This document shows positions 10,021 to 19,723 of a stretch of DNA of 48,007 nucleotides, in pieces. How positions within the stretch are numbered: the first letter of the stretch is position 1; each line of letters opens with the position of its first letter. The notes below the pieces were generated by a model. It had not been told where the DNA came from, did no database searches, and worked only from the letters and a program-made list of their open reading frames with translations. Position numbers and translations under genes: made by a program. Source of the DNA: a virus (Duplodnaviria; Caudoviricetes); IMG/VR virus record IMGVR_UViG_3300022178_000593, positions 1 through 48,007 of that record, one strand, 5' to 3'.

Positions 10021-11885
10021 TATCTTCTGCCGTCAGTTCTAATATCAATCCTGTTTGCACCTAGTCTCCATTTAAAACCAGTTCTTGATCCTGTTGCCGC
10101 ATCATCATCTGATTCAACTCTAAGAACAAGCTGTCTGCCTCTAGCACGTGTAAACGCTTGTTGAGTAGTGCTTGTAATATTGTTAGTTGAATTAGTTGTT
10201 AAGCTTTCTCCAGGAAAGTTACGAGTTTTTAATACAAAATTAATCTGTCCATCTGTAGGTGCTGTGCCAAAAAACTTAACATCTGGAATAATTCTGCTAA
10301 CAAAACCCAGTTGATTACCTTCTTCTATATCTATATCACCAGACTCTATGAAAACATTATCCATAGGTGATCCGTCATCATCATCAGTGCTTTCATGTAT
10401 ATATACATAGCCATCACCATCGCTGTCTTTACCTGTAGCTCTAGGCTTTTCAAATACACCATCATCTATCCATGCTGTTCTTGATAGATTGCCTATGCTC
10501 CATGCACCTTCTAAGTAGTTATAAGTTACATACCTATCTATCTCTTCAGAAGAAGAAGAACAATAGAACCAACCAACCTCATTAAATTCTCTGTTAGTAA
10601 AAGCTAATGTTTTAAATGATTGAGTAGTATTAATATCATCTAATACATAATTTAATACGCTACAAACTAATCTTTTAACTGATCCTGAGTAAGTATAGAA
10701 GCCATCTCTAGCCATCCAATAGACACCATCAGGTGCATTAATCATGCCACTAGGAGATATAAGACCTACATTTTCATTAACTAGGTTTAATCCAAAAGTA
10801 AACGGAGCACCAATAAATTGCATACTATACAAAGAAGTATCAGTCCAAATAAGTATCTCTTGTCTTGATCTTAATCCGCCAACTATCTGTGATCCAGATG
10901 ATAGCCTTAATGATCCAGCTGTATTGGTAGCTGTTGGTTCCCAATTTGTAACACTTTCTTGATCTGAGAAAGCTATAAGTAAAGGATCTATAGAACCAGA
11001 CCTAGAACTACCAACAATAGGATCAGCACCTAGTACAATAACATGTCTATCAATGTCACTTACTATAACTTGTAAACCTTTTGTTGGTGCAAGATTAGCA
11101 CCACTTAAAGTGCTAATAGCTACAGCTCTATTATCTTCACCACCAGACTCATCCCAGTAATAGATACTACCTGCTCTTGGATTAATAATTAAATCTTCAC
11201 CAAAAGCATCGTGTGACCAAAGCCTTAGCTGTCCTGTTTCTGATAGTGCGTTTGTTGATCCCCAACCACCCGCACCCCATGTACCTGCACCCCAACCTGT
11301 TGATGGTACATACACATCTAATCCTACATTTATTTGATAGGCTGCATCAGCTCCTGATCCGCCATTACCTGTATCACTTCCATTTGCTGTAGCTGTTGCT
11401 GTAAAAGTAAATGTATCTGCACTTGGTATAGAAGTTATTTGATACTCTTTATTTAAAACTGTTGCTGTTATGTTACCGCCAAGACTTACTGCACCACTAA
11501 TAGTTACAAAATCATTTACTACAGCTCCATGATCATTGTCAGTTGCAGTTATAGTAGCACTACCATTTGTTGCTGCAAAAGTAATGCCATTGGTTGTTGT
11601 AGCTCTAATTGGAGTTATATCAGAATAGTCTGATCCACTATTAACATAATATTTCCAAGTAGTTCCTAGTCCTAAATATTTTGTATACTCTAAATCAACC
11701 CATGCTAACAATGCTCTGCCTGTTCCTAAGTAAGAGCTGTTGTTTGATTTTTGCCAACCTCCTATTTTTTCTGGTAATCCTTTTCTAAATCTAACTAAAT
11801 TACCGTCAGCCCAGCCGCCTTTGTCCATAAGATCAGTCATCTCTTTGTTGATTCCTGGGGTAAATTGTAATTTACTTAACGGCAT
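10020..11885 (-). CDS. Tail nozzle / stabilisation protein (P22 gp10- or T7 gp12-like)
   Basis: Start reassigned to MPLSKLQFTPGINKE. Beta-rich, with FSDQE...W.P...NTAG.LRL..GS motifs typical of podovirus nozzle proteins. Confidence 0.65.
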   Translation of the reverse strand: MPLSKLQFTPGINKEMTDLMDKGGWADGNLVRFRKGLPEKIGGWQKSNNSSYLGTGRALLAWVDLEYTKYLGLGTTWKYYVNSGSDYSDITPIRATTTNGITFAATNGSATITATDNDHGAVVNDFVTISGAVSLGGNITATVLNKEYQITSIPSADTFTFTATATANGSDTGNGGSGADAAYQINVGLDVYVPSTGWGAGTWGAGGWGSTNALSETGQLRLWSHDAFGEDLIINPRAGSIYYWDESGGEDNRAVAISTLSGANLAPTKGLQVIVSDIDRHVIVLGADPIVGSSRSGSIDPLLIAFSDQESVTNWEPTATNTAGSLRLSSGSQIVGGLRSRQEILIWTDTSLYSMQFIGAPFTFGLNLVNENVGLISPSGMINAPDGVYWMARDGFYTYSGSVKRLVCSVLNYVLDDINTTQSFKTLAFTNREFNEVGWFYCSSSSEEIDRYVTYNYLEGAWSIGNLSRTAWIDDGVFEKPRATGKDSDGDGYVYIHESTDDDDGSPMDNVFIESGDIDIEEGNQLGFVSRIIPDVKFFGTAPTDGQINFVLKTRNFPGESLTTNSTNNITSTTQQAFTRARGRQLVLRVESDDDAATGSRTGFKWRLGANRIDIRTDGRR

Positions 11886-11886
11886 A

Positions 11887-12330
11887 TTAAACCTCGTGCC
11901 ATTCCTTGCCTTCAAATAGTAAGGCTTCTGCTTCTCTACGTCTTATAAGTCCTTCAAGCACTTTGCCACCAGCTTTATTCCATCTTTTAATTTGTGCAGG
12001 CACATTATCAAAATCACTTGAGTTCAATACTTTAAGCATAGTCGAAGCTTTTAAGTTAGCAGGCCCTAGGTTAAATACCCAAGATACCAATGCATCAAAT
12101 TGATTTTGATCAAGATCAACAGTAACGCTATCTTTAACATAACCTTCAAACTCTTTTATATCTTGATCTAATATTTCTTCTGCTTCTCTTTGACAAATTA
12201 AATCACCTTCTTTAACGCCAGCAGTATGACCATATCCTATTGTCCATACACCTGCTGCACATTTGTAAGCATTGTATTCAACACCTTCAAACTTTTTAAT
12301 TAAACTTAATCCTTCTTGCGATATATTCAT
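11887..12330 (-). CDS. Endolysin, GH24 phage lysozyme
   Basis: Start MNISQEGLSLIKKFEG with SD; WTIGYGHT, QFDALVS..FNLG and GL.RRR.AE motifs. Confidence 0.95.
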   Translation of the reverse strand: MNISQEGLSLIKKFEGVEYNAYKCAAGVWTIGYGHTAGVKEGDLICQREAEEILDQDIKEFEGYVKDSVTVDLDQNQFDALVSWVFNLGPANLKASTMLKVLNSSDFDNVPAQIKRWNKAGGKVLEGLIRRREAEALLFEGKEWHEV

Positions 12331-12334
12331 ATTT

Positions 12335-12706
12335 TTACTCTCCTTCTTTTGTAGTAACTTTTTTGTAATAGACAACAACTTCTTTAAGTTCATTTATATA
12401 CCTTTTTAATTCCTGCATATTATATGACATGAGCTCGTAATCGGGCACAGACATAGCTAAGAATACCACTTGACCTTGGTCTTTCTCAACTCTTGTTAAG
12501 AACTCTTCTAAATTTTTATCTGACACTACATACCAATACGGATCTTTTAGATCTATTTCTCTAGGCATTACAGGTTGCACTATAGTTCTTTCTATAGGTT
12601 TAGATATAACCTCAACCTGTTGTTTACTTGGTATCAGGCTGCAACTGCAAGCCATCATCAAGACTGTCAATGTTACGGCTGTCTTCTTCAATGCTATCAA
12701 ATACAT
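12335..12706 (-). CDS. Putative o-spanin (lipoprotein)
   Basis: Signal peptide with Cys (MMACSCS); overlaps the 3' end of the i-spanin gene; adjacent to the lysozyme. Start uncertain. Confidence 0.6.
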   Translation of the reverse strand: MYLIALKKTAVTLTVLMMACSCSLIPSKQQVEVISKPIERTIVQPVMPREIDLKDPYWYVVSDKNLEEFLTRVEKDQGQVVFLAMSVPDYELMSYNMQELKRYINELKEVVVYYKKVTTKEGE

Positions 12707-13019
12707 CTTTAGTTCCTTTGTTTACTCTTGGTTCAATCAAACCTGGTTTAGCTGCGGCTAATTTAGTTAAGTTATGTCGTTTAAATATGTCAAGGTATCT
12801 TGACATTTCTTGTTGAATCTCTTGATTTCTACTTTGTAAGTCTAGTAAGCTCGATGTCTGTAAAGCAAAATCATTTTGTAATGATTCTATTGCTAACCTT
12901 TGTTCTTGATTTCTTATTTCAAATGCTTGATTAAGAGCAGATAGTTTAGAGTTTTCATTCCATAGTAAATAAGTAGCTAATCCCATAACTACTATAATTC
13001 CTATCAAAACTTTAGACAT
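12624..13019 (-). CDS. Putative i-spanin
   Basis: N-terminal TM helix followed by coiled coil; Rz/Rz1-like overlap. Confidence 0.6.
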   Translation of the reverse strand: MSKVLIGIIVVMGLATYLLWNENSKLSALNQAFEIRNQEQRLAIESLQNDFALQTSSLLDLQSRNQEIQQEMSRYLDIFKRHNLTKLAAAKPGLIEPRVNKGTKDVFDSIEEDSRNIDSLDDGLQLQPDTK

Positions 13020-13204
13020 TAACTAATAACCTGCGACAAAACTATTGATACTAGTATGAATGGATACACAGCCCAAATCATATTCTCTAGCTTATCAAAA
13101 CGCTTTGCACCGTCTTCTAGTCTTTTATCAATACTTTTATATAATGCTTTGCATTCTCTTTCATGAGATTCTATTGCAGTAAGTGCGTCTTTTGCTGTTG
13201 CCAT
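13019..13204 (-). CDS. Small coiled-coil protein with C-terminal TM helix (XhlA/holin-like)
   Basis: MATAKD...HEREC...RFDKLE plus a hydrophobic C-terminus; lies in the lysis cluster. Confidence 0.45.
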   Translation of the reverse strand: MATAKDALTAIESHERECKALYKSIDKRLEDGAKRFDKLENMIWAVYPFILVSIVLSQVIS

Positions 13205-13212
13205 ATCTTTCC

Positions 13213-14961
13213 TCAAATTGTATATACGTTTAAAGATTTTTCTTTACCTTTAACTTTAATTGCTTCTAAAGATTTTAACTCAAAACTACAGTTTTTGGCA
13301 GTCTCTTCTCCTATAAGTATATCAACTCCAGCTTCTTTTGTACCAGACTCAAGTCTAGCTGCTATATTTACGCAGTCTCCGATAGCTGAAAAGTCAAATC
13401 TAGTATCAGATCCCATGTTACCTACCACAGCTGTACCAGTATTTACTCCCACCCCAATAGCAATCTCATGTGATAATTCTTTATTAAGTTCTTTTATACG
13501 ATCCTGCATTTCGATAGCAGTCTTTACTGCTTTGTCTTCGTGATCTTCTAAATCTAAAGGTGCTGAGAATATAGCCATGCAAGCATCACCAATAAATTTA
13601 TCTACCATGCCTCCATTTTTTTGTACGCATTCTACTTGTACTGTTAATGCTTTGTTCATTATCTCAGTAACTTCTTCTGGTTTTAGTTTTTCTGAAAGAC
13701 TGGTAAAGCCTCTAACATCTGTAAACAAAAATGTAGCGTATCTTTTTTCGCCACCAAGTTTTAATAGATTAGGATTATCTTGTAATTGTTTAACTTGTCT
13801 TGGATCAAGGTAATGTTCAAATTGTTTTTTAATTAATTGACGTAACTTAAACTGTTTTCTAAAGTTTAAATAGAAAGCTATAGCACCAGTAATGAATTGT
13901 GATACAAAAGTCCACGAAAAATCTATTAAATAACCCTTTTGAATGCTATAAGCTCCTGTAAGGCTTGTAGTAAAGAGTAAAATTACAGCTAGACTTACGC
14001 CTTTAGTTATACCAAGATAGTTAATTACAAGCCATGTCAACGACACAAATATTGCAAAAATTAATATTTCCAACGCAAGAGCAAAATCTGGGATAAAAGG
14101 AGAGTTTTCTAACAAAATTGACTCAGATAATGCTGCTTGAATTTTATGTGGCTCTAATAATCCAACCGGAGTTGCAACTTGCGGCATGATTCCTGGGGCA
14201 GTGACTCCAACAAAAACAAATTTACCTGCTACATCCATTTCTTTTAATGTTGTTTGTGGTGTATTAACCCAACTAATCCACTTACGACCAAGACTATCTG
14301 TTTTGACTGGTGGTATTCCTCTGACTGATATCTCTTGTATACCATTATCATTTGTAGTGATAATGTAAGTTTTAGCACCTGTTAATACTTTTAAGACTTC
14401 TGTGCCAAAAGAAGATACATATCCATCTGGTGTTTTTAATAATAATGGTATTCTTCTAACTAAATTATCTATATCAACCGGTGCACTTGCTATACCTTGA
14501 TTTGATTGATCTTGTAAGATATCAATATTTTGTATAACGCCTGGTGTAAACATACCACCTATATCATTACCTTTTATGACTGTTCCAGTTGTTTTAGGAT
14601 ACTTACCATTTCCGTTTTCAAACATAGCCAGCACAGATGGTGCATAACCTAAAGTAGTAGCAAAGGTTTCATCACCACCCATACGATCAGCTTGTGGAAA
14701 TCCTATAACCCAACCAACTCCCATAGCCCCTGCATTGATAAGATCTACTTGAATTTTTGCAAGACTTCTTCTAGGGAATGGCCAACCTCCTTGCTCTGAT
14801 ACATCGTTTTCAGTAATGTTTAATATTACAAAATTACCGCTTGGCTCGGGTGTTGTTACAAAAGCGTCAAATATTTTTAACTTAAGTATTTCTGTAGGGG
14901 TGCTTTGAAATATTAAAGGTAGTGATAGTAATATAAGTATAGGTAATAAAAGTTTATTCAT
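13213..14961 (-). CDS. CHASE2-domain class III adenylate cyclase
   Basis: N-terminal TM, CHASE2 motifs (GGWPFPR, D.LVRR.PL), three TMs, then the cyclase core [37 protein letters not shown]. Confidence 0.93.
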   Translation of the reverse strand: MNKLLLPILILLSLPLIFQSTPTEILKLKIFDAFVTTPEPSGNFVILNITENDVSEQGGWPFPRRSLAKIQVDLINAGAMGVGWVIGFPQADRMGGDETFATTLGYAPSVLAMFENGNGKYPKTTGTVIKGNDIGGMFTPGVIQNIDILQDQSNQGIASAPVDIDNLVRRIPLLLKTPDGYVSSFGTEVLKVLTGAKTYIITTNDNGIQEISVRGIPPVKTDSLGRKWISWVNTPQTTLKEMDVAGKFVFVGVTAPGIMPQVATPVGLLEPHKIQAALSESILLENSPFIPDFALALEILIFAIFVSLTWLVINYLGITKGVSLAVILLFTTSLTGAYSIQKGYLIDFSWTFVSQFITGAIAFYLNFRKQFKLRQLIKKQFEHYLDPRQVKQLQDNPNLLKLGGEKRYATFLFTDVRGFTSLSEKLKPEEVTEIMNKALTVQVECVQKNGGMVDKFIGDACMAIFSAPLDLEDHEDKAVKTAIEMQDRIKELNKELSHEIAIGVGVNTGTAVVGNMGSDTRFDFSAIGDCVNIAARLESGTKEAGVDILIGEETAKNCSFELKSLEAIKVKGKEKSLNVYTI

Positions 14962-14966
14962 TAATT
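14951..14966. repeat. 16-bp direct repeat, copy 1 (AGTTTATTCATTAATT)
   Basis: Identical to 15621-15636; the pair flanks the methyltransferase gene. Confidence 0.9.
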
Positions 14967-15631
14967 CTTTTTTTAGCTATATCAAAATATTCTTTTATTG
15001 CTTCAAATCCTATAAAATTTCTGTTGCTATTTACTGCAACATAGCCTGTAGTTCCTGATCCCATATAAGGATCTAACACTGTTTTTGCATCAGGAAATAC
15101 TGCAAGCATATCAGCAACAAATTGTTCTGGAAAAGCTCTCGTATGTGAGCCACGAGTTCCAACAGGCTTCCACTCTGTCCAATCAAAAACATCGTGTTTA
15201 TTAATTGTATTAATAAGTTTTGTTTTAGGGCTTTTAGTTAGCCAGTAAATTCTTTCTGTCCAAGGATAAAATCTTATTTTATCAAAATTTTGGCTTCTAT
15301 TTATCCATACTAATTCTTGTTTAATAATAAAATTACTTTTAAGTAACCATTCGTAAGGAGATATTTGAATTCCTTTTTTAATTCTATTTTTATGATTATA
15401 AATCATACTTCCATCATCTTTTAAAACTCTAAAACATTCATTTAAAAGTTTTATTTGTGTTTCTTGGTATTCTTTTTCAGGCAAATTATCGTTGTATGCT
15501 TGATGTCTTTTGTTACCAGTATGATGGCTGTTGCCTAAATTGTAGGGTGGGGATGTAATAATAATATCTATAGATGAGTTATTTATTTTTTTAAAAGAAT
15601 TAAAACAATCGTCTAAATATAGTTTATTCAT
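14954..15631 (-). CDS. DNA N4-cytosine/N6-adenine methyltransferase, beta group
   Basis: N-terminal TSPPY (motif IV), C-terminal DPYMGSGTT (motif I), H...FP motif. Confidence 0.92.
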   Translation of the reverse strand: MNKLYLDDCFNSFKKINNSSIDIIITSPPYNLGNSHHTGNKRHQAYNDNLPEKEYQETQIKLLNECFRVLKDDGSMIYNHKNRIKKGIQISPYEWLLKSNFIIKQELVWINRSQNFDKIRFYPWTERIYWLTKSPKTKLINTINKHDVFDWTEWKPVGTRGSHTRAFPEQFVADMLAVFPDAKTVLDPYMGSGTTGYVAVNSNRNFIGFEAIKEYFDIAKKRINE

Positions 15632-15636
15632 TAATT
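15621..15636. repeat. 16-bp direct repeat, copy 2 (AGTTTATTCATTAATT)
   Basis: Identical to 14951-14966. Confidence 0.9.
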
Positions 15637-16746
15637 ACTCTGAGTTATTTTTATAATACTACCATTTCCACCATTTATTTTAATTAAATTAGAAGTACCA
15701 TCTTGTATGAAGATTACAGTATAGCTTCCAGAAGAATCTATATCTACTCTAGCTGTATCGCTAACACTACGCATAAGTGTTAATACTTCTCCTGTTATAA
15801 AAGATGTTATCTGCGTGCCTAAGTCTTGACCTAGTTTAGTACCAACAATATTAGTAGATGTAGCGTCTTGTGCTAACTGATCTTCTTGTTGTATTTCTTG
15901 TAGTGCGTCTATGACATCTAGCAAATCTTCCAGGAAGTTTACATCAAGATAGTTTATATCTAACTCTGTAAACTCTAGTTCTTTTTCTGAGTCTAAAAAA
16001 TCTTCTTCTAAAAAGTCCTCGTCTAAACCATCAAAGTCTAATATGTTTTTCTTTTTGGTTTGTGTTGTTTCTTCTATAGCCACCTCTTCTTTAGGTGGAT
16101 TAACAATAAGCATATTATCTATAAGGTCTAGTGTTAGGTCTAAGATTACAGGTGAGCTAGGTGATTTTTCAAAAACATCTACCGTTGTAGCTTCGTAAGG
16201 TTTATTAAGTGTAACTGTACCCATAGCTGTAGTTACTAATATCTCACCACTAGAATTACCAAATTCATCTGGTAAAAGTATCAACAACGACCTGCCGATT
16301 TCATCTACGGTAACTGTGAAATCAGTACCACGAATTGCTATGTTTGCTGTGGGTGTTTTAAGATCTATATTGTTTTTATCTATTTTGTTTAGACCGCCAG
16401 TAATAAACCTAGCTGTACCAAGACCAAAGGTAATAGCCATTTTAGATTTACTAGGGTTAGGATCAAAGATGTATTCGTCTATGGTGAGCTGAGAGTTTTC
16501 TGTAAGTCTTACCTTGGAGTCGTCTAGGAACGTAATAGCCATACGACCATTGGTAGTAATTGCTTCATCATTTTGTTGTATATCAAAAGACTCTTCTGCT
16601 TGATAAGGCTTGTCTCTTACTATTTGTGCTGAACCATTTAGTTCAGATATGTTTCCTATATCAACAGCTTGTGGTTGTTCCGCCATCGTTCTGAACGACA
16701 CAAACAGTACCGTTAGAACCAGTAGAGTTAATCTGTAACCAATCAC
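15631..16746 (-). CDS. Exported FecR-domain protein
   Basis: Probable GTG start giving a signal peptide ([17 protein letters not shown]); [15 protein letters not shown] and [14 protein letters not shown] FecR motifs; acidic linker. Start uncertain. Confidence 0.85.
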   Translation of the reverse strand: MIGYRLTLLVLTVLFVSFRTMAEQPQAVDIGNISELNGSAQIVRDKPYQAEESFDIQQNDEAITTNGRMAITFLDDSKVRLTENSQLTIDEYIFDPNPSKSKMAITFGLGTARFITGGLNKIDKNNIDLKTPTANIAIRGTDFTVTVDEIGRSLLILLPDEFGNSSGEILVTTAMGTVTLNKPYEATTVDVFEKSPSSPVILDLTLDLIDNMLIVNPPKEEVAIEETTQTKKKNILDFDGLDEDFLEEDFLDSEKELEFTELDINYLDVNFLEDLLDVIDALQEIQQEDQLAQDATSTNIVGTKLGQDLGTQITSFITGEVLTLMRSVSDTARVDIDSSGSYTVIFIQDGTSNLIKINGGNGSIIKITQSN

Positions 16747-17377
16747 TAGCAAGAGTTGATGACTGTATGATATTGAATGTTCTACTGTTTCCTGTTTGGT
16801 CGAGATAGAAGTAACCACCTGCATATCCGCTTCCTGTAAAGTTTACTGTGTTGCTATCTCCATCTACATCTACATAGTTAGTAGCACCATCATAGTTTAT
16901 ATCAAAATCAAATGTGTTGCTGTCACCATTTATAATCCAGTCTAAATCAAGAGAACCTGCAAGTGCAGATGTTCCTGTATCTAAGGTAAAAGTATTAGAG
17001 CTACCAGTTACGTCTACGTTATAATCTGAGCCATCAATACCATAAGTGTCTGTAGGATCCCCTTGAATAGTAAAGGTATTGCTATCTCCATCAAATTCAA
17101 AAAAACCTGTAATATTATCACCTAGAATATCTCCTAAAAATTTATTGGTATTACCTATTTGGTTTATATCTAGTGTTAAGTTTAAGCCATCTAAATCTAG
17201 TGCTGTAAGCGTTCCTGCAACAGAGTTTAGACCTCCAATAATGTTAGATGATCCTAACTGTTCTAAGTCTATATTTGCTGTGGCACCGCTTTGGTCTATA
17301 TATATTTCGTTATCAGCCGCGTATAGCACTGACACATTCATCAGTACAATTAGGCTCATTAATTTTCCAATATCCAT
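16661..17377 (-). CDS. Curlin-like (CsgA/CsgB-like) secreted repeat protein
   Basis: Signal peptide, then repeats EQLGSSN, NQIGNTN, DGDSNTF, TGSSNTF, NGDSNTF, DGDSNTV resembling curlin QxGxxN; directly downstream of csgG. Confidence 0.65.
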   Translation of the reverse strand: MDIGKLMSLIVLMNVSVLYAADNEIYIDQSGATANIDLEQLGSSNIIGGLNSVAGTLTALDLDGLNLTLDINQIGNTNKFLGDILGDNITGFFEFDGDSNTFTIQGDPTDTYGIDGSDYNVDVTGSSNTFTLDTGTSALAGSLDLDWIINGDSNTFDFDINYDGATNYVDVDGDSNTVNFTGSGYAGGYFYLDQTGNSRTFNIIQSSTLASDWLQINSTGSNGTVCVVQNDGGTTTSC

Positions 17378-18167
17378 TTGTAATTCCTTCCTTAATTGTT
17401 TGTAATACAGCCGTTTCTATAGCTGTTTGTAAGGCAATATTAATAGATTCGTTTCTTACTAAACCGTTTTCTATTTCAACAAGTTCTGTTGAATCGGTTA
17501 TAAACCTAAATACATCTTGATCTATAGATGCACTTAATATTGTTTTGGTTACAAGAACCTCTAGCAGTACCTTTCCTGTACTGACGGAAACTGTGCGTAA
17601 AGATATGGTTACGGTGTCTTGCTTGTATTGCCTAGACATTCCAATGCCTAAGTATCTAGCACCTGCACCACCAGATTTTACGTTGCTTTCGTATGATATC
17701 ACGCCACCTTGCATTATCAAACCTGCAAATAATAAATCTGGTAGCTTTTGTTTATTTTTATTTTCTTGTCTAGCACTCCTAATAATCTGTCTTTCTTTGG
17801 TTACATTGTCTAAACCAACTCTTTCAACCACTTCAAAAAAACCATCATATCTACTACCAGCGTGTTTTAAGGCTCTAATTAAGTATGCGTCTGGTGCCTG
17901 GGTTACTGCTGATGAAAAAGTTGCGTACGAACTATTACTTCGTCTTTGTCCTGTTTGATCTGTGAAAGAAGCTGCATAAATAGCTACAACTGGTTTTTTT
18001 TTGTTAGCTGTTTGTATGTTTGCTAGTTCAGGAACAAGTAATGTTCCTATCGTTGGCTTTTCTATCTTTTGTAATGGGGGTAAGTTGTTTTCTAATGGAT
18101 CTATTATTAATGCACAGCTAGAAAGTAAAGCTACCAATAGGAAGGGATATAGTTGTCGTATTGCCAT
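17313..18167 (-). CDS. csgG: Curli secretion channel lipoprotein CsgG
   Basis: Lipobox LLSSC; FTDQTGQ, SSAVTQ, VVERVGLDNVTKERQIIRS, GGVISYESN..SGGAGARYLGIG and TKTILS motifs. Confidence 0.93.
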   Translation of the reverse strand: MAIRQLYPFLLVALLSSCALIIDPLENNLPPLQKIEKPTIGTLLVPELANIQTANKKKPVVAIYAASFTDQTGQRRSNSSYATFSSAVTQAPDAYLIRALKHAGSRYDGFFEVVERVGLDNVTKERQIIRSARQENKNKQKLPDLLFAGLIMQGGVISYESNVKSGGAGARYLGIGMSRQYKQDTVTISLRTVSVSTGKVLLEVLVTKTILSASIDQDVFRFITDSTELVEIENGLVRNESINIALQTAIETAVLQTIKEGITNGYWKINEPNCTDECVSAIRG

Positions 18168-18645
18168 CTGAGTCTGTTATTTTTAAAGTTATTATTCCAT
18201 CTACAACATTATACTCTATCCTGTTACCTTCTAACTCTAGCACACCACTATCGCTAGGAGTTTCTCCAAATAGGTTTTCTACTAGCTGTCTTGATAATTG
18301 TGCATATATTCTTGATTCTAAGTTACGAATAAACCTAGCTAATGTTGTGTTTTCTTTGTCTCTTTCTATTTCGTCTTGTAAAGCTTTTATTTCTGCTTTT
18401 AGTGCTTGCTTACGATTAAACTGTTGATTCTCAATAGTAAGATAGTGTGCAGATGTACCTATACCAGAAAATGATGGAGACTTAAACTTATGTACCATTT
18501 CGTCTGCTTTCGTGTTTTGAACTAAAACTAATGCAAACATAATTAAACCCATAAATAAAAACCATGCACCCACTCTAGCTTTTGCAGCTTCTTCTTGTTC
18601 TATTTCTTTTTTTGTAAGTCCTCTTTTTTTATAACTTGCAGTCAT
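18118..18645 (-). CDS. csgF: Curli assembly protein CsgF
   Basis: Signal peptide, then EMVHKFKSPSFSG (CsgF N-terminal PxFxG motif) and LESRIYAQLSRQL; immediately upstream of csgG. Confidence 0.8.
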   Translation of the reverse strand: MTASYKKRGLTKKEIEQEEAAKARVGAWFLFMGLIMFALVLVQNTKADEMVHKFKSPSFSGIGTSAHYLTIENQQFNRKQALKAEIKALQDEIERDKENTTLARFIRNLESRIYAQLSRQLVENLFGETPSDSGVLELEGNRIEYNVVDGIITLKITDSDGNTTTISLPIGSFTF

Positions 18646-18995
18646 TAATCCTTCCTCTGGTCGTCTCTATCAGCTTTTGCTAATCTATCAGTATGCATTA
18701 GCTGTGGTACTCCAAGTATAGTCTTGAGAAGCGTATCTTGTCTAATAATCTCATTATCTACAGACCTAACTCTGTCTATAAGTGCTACTAATATACCGTG
18801 TTGTGAGTCTAGTTTTTGACCTAATCTTGCTTCTATTTCTGATATTTGAGCTGATACTTTTTCATCTAAAACATCTACTTTAGTTTCCATGCCATCAATT
18901 ATTTTGTTAATTAGCTTCCAGATAAACATACCAAGCCCTATAGCTGCTGCTATTGGAAAACCAACTTCATTAATTAATTGAACTACAGAATCCAT
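18645..18995 (-). CDS. Holin-like membrane protein (YvrJ-like N-terminus)
   Basis: EVGFPIAAAIGLGMFIWK TM segment followed by coiled coil. Confidence 0.45.
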   Translation of the reverse strand: MDSVVQLINEVGFPIAAAIGLGMFIWKLINKIIDGMETKVDVLDEKVSAQISEIEARLGQKLDSQHGILVALIDRVRSVDNEIIRQDTLLKTILGVPQLMHTDRLAKADRDDQRKD

Positions 18996-19000
18996 TAGGG

Positions 19001-19384
19001 TTAGTAATCACCCCAAACCTTACTTTTGGTACCCCCGTGGTACTCAACTGCATGACCTTCATCTATAAGCATTTGACAAATGTCTTTACCATTTTCTGTA
19101 TATGGTATTCCTAATATGCGGCCATACTTACCTTTGCCTAATGATTTAATTTTAAACTTACCAGTACAAAGTTCTTTTAATCTTTCTTTTGCTGCAAGAC
19201 CTAGTTTTTTTTCTGCAAGATCCCTAGTACGAGATTCTGGAGTATCTATGCCATGCAAACGAACACGTTGTTTATGTAGCTTTACATCAAATCCAAGATC
19301 GAGACAGCAATCAAAAGTATCACCATCCACTATACGTTCTAACGTAGCGTTATATACAAAGGCATCTGGTGCTTTTTTAGCCAT
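19001..19384 (-). CDS. Thermonuclease (SNase-like)
   Basis: IVDGDT, RVRLHGIDTPE and KYGRILG motifs. Confidence 0.9.
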   Translation of the reverse strand: MAKKAPDAFVYNATLERIVDGDTFDCCLDLGFDVKLHKQRVRLHGIDTPESRTRDLAEKKLGLAAKERLKELCTGKFKIKSLGKGKYGRILGIPYTENGKDICQMLIDEGHAVEYHGGTKSKVWGDY

Positions 19385-19563
19385 TAGCCTGTGTTGTTTA
19401 TGTTAATATTACTTTTTTTCTTAACTCTTTTTGTAGTGTAAGCTTCGTTGATGTTAGGAGTAGATTTATCATCTGCAACATAGTGTCCTTTTTTATTTCT
19501 TGATCTTACTTCAACTCGTTCAGTGCCAGTAACTTTATCCCAAAATTTACTAAGAATACCCAT
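19384..19563 (-). CDS. Small phage protein (59 aa), not in ORF track
   Basis: MGILSKFWDKV...RSRNKKGHYVADDKSTPNINEAY; fills the gap exactly with TAATG coupling. Confidence 0.7.
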   Translation of the reverse strand: MGILSKFWDKVTGTERVEVRSRNKKGHYVADDKSTPNINEAYTTKRVKKKSNININNTG

Positions 19564-19564
19564 A

Positions 19565-19723
19565 TTACTTTTCCTTTGCTTTACCTATGTTTAAAGCTAA
19601 AAGATCTACAAACTTATAAAGTTTACCGATCCAAGCATCATCTTTAGGGGTTGGCGTACTTGCAGCTATTAAACTAGCAACCGTAACTATTGTGGTAACC
19701 CACATAATAATATCTACCATCAT
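19565..19723 (-). CDS. Small holin-like membrane protein (52 aa), not in ORF track
   Basis: MMVDIIMWVTTIVTVASLIAASTPTPKDD...; TM segment plus TPTPKDD motif; ATGA overlap with the upstream gene. Confidence 0.6.
   Translation of the reverse strand: MMVDIIMWVTTIVTVASLIAASTPTPKDDAWIGKLYKFVDLLALNIGKAKEK

Noticed and set aside
14954-19384. MTase plus thermonuclease as a restriction-modification pair
   Set aside because: They are 3.4 kb apart, SNase-family enzymes are non-specific, and the MTase appears independently inserted.
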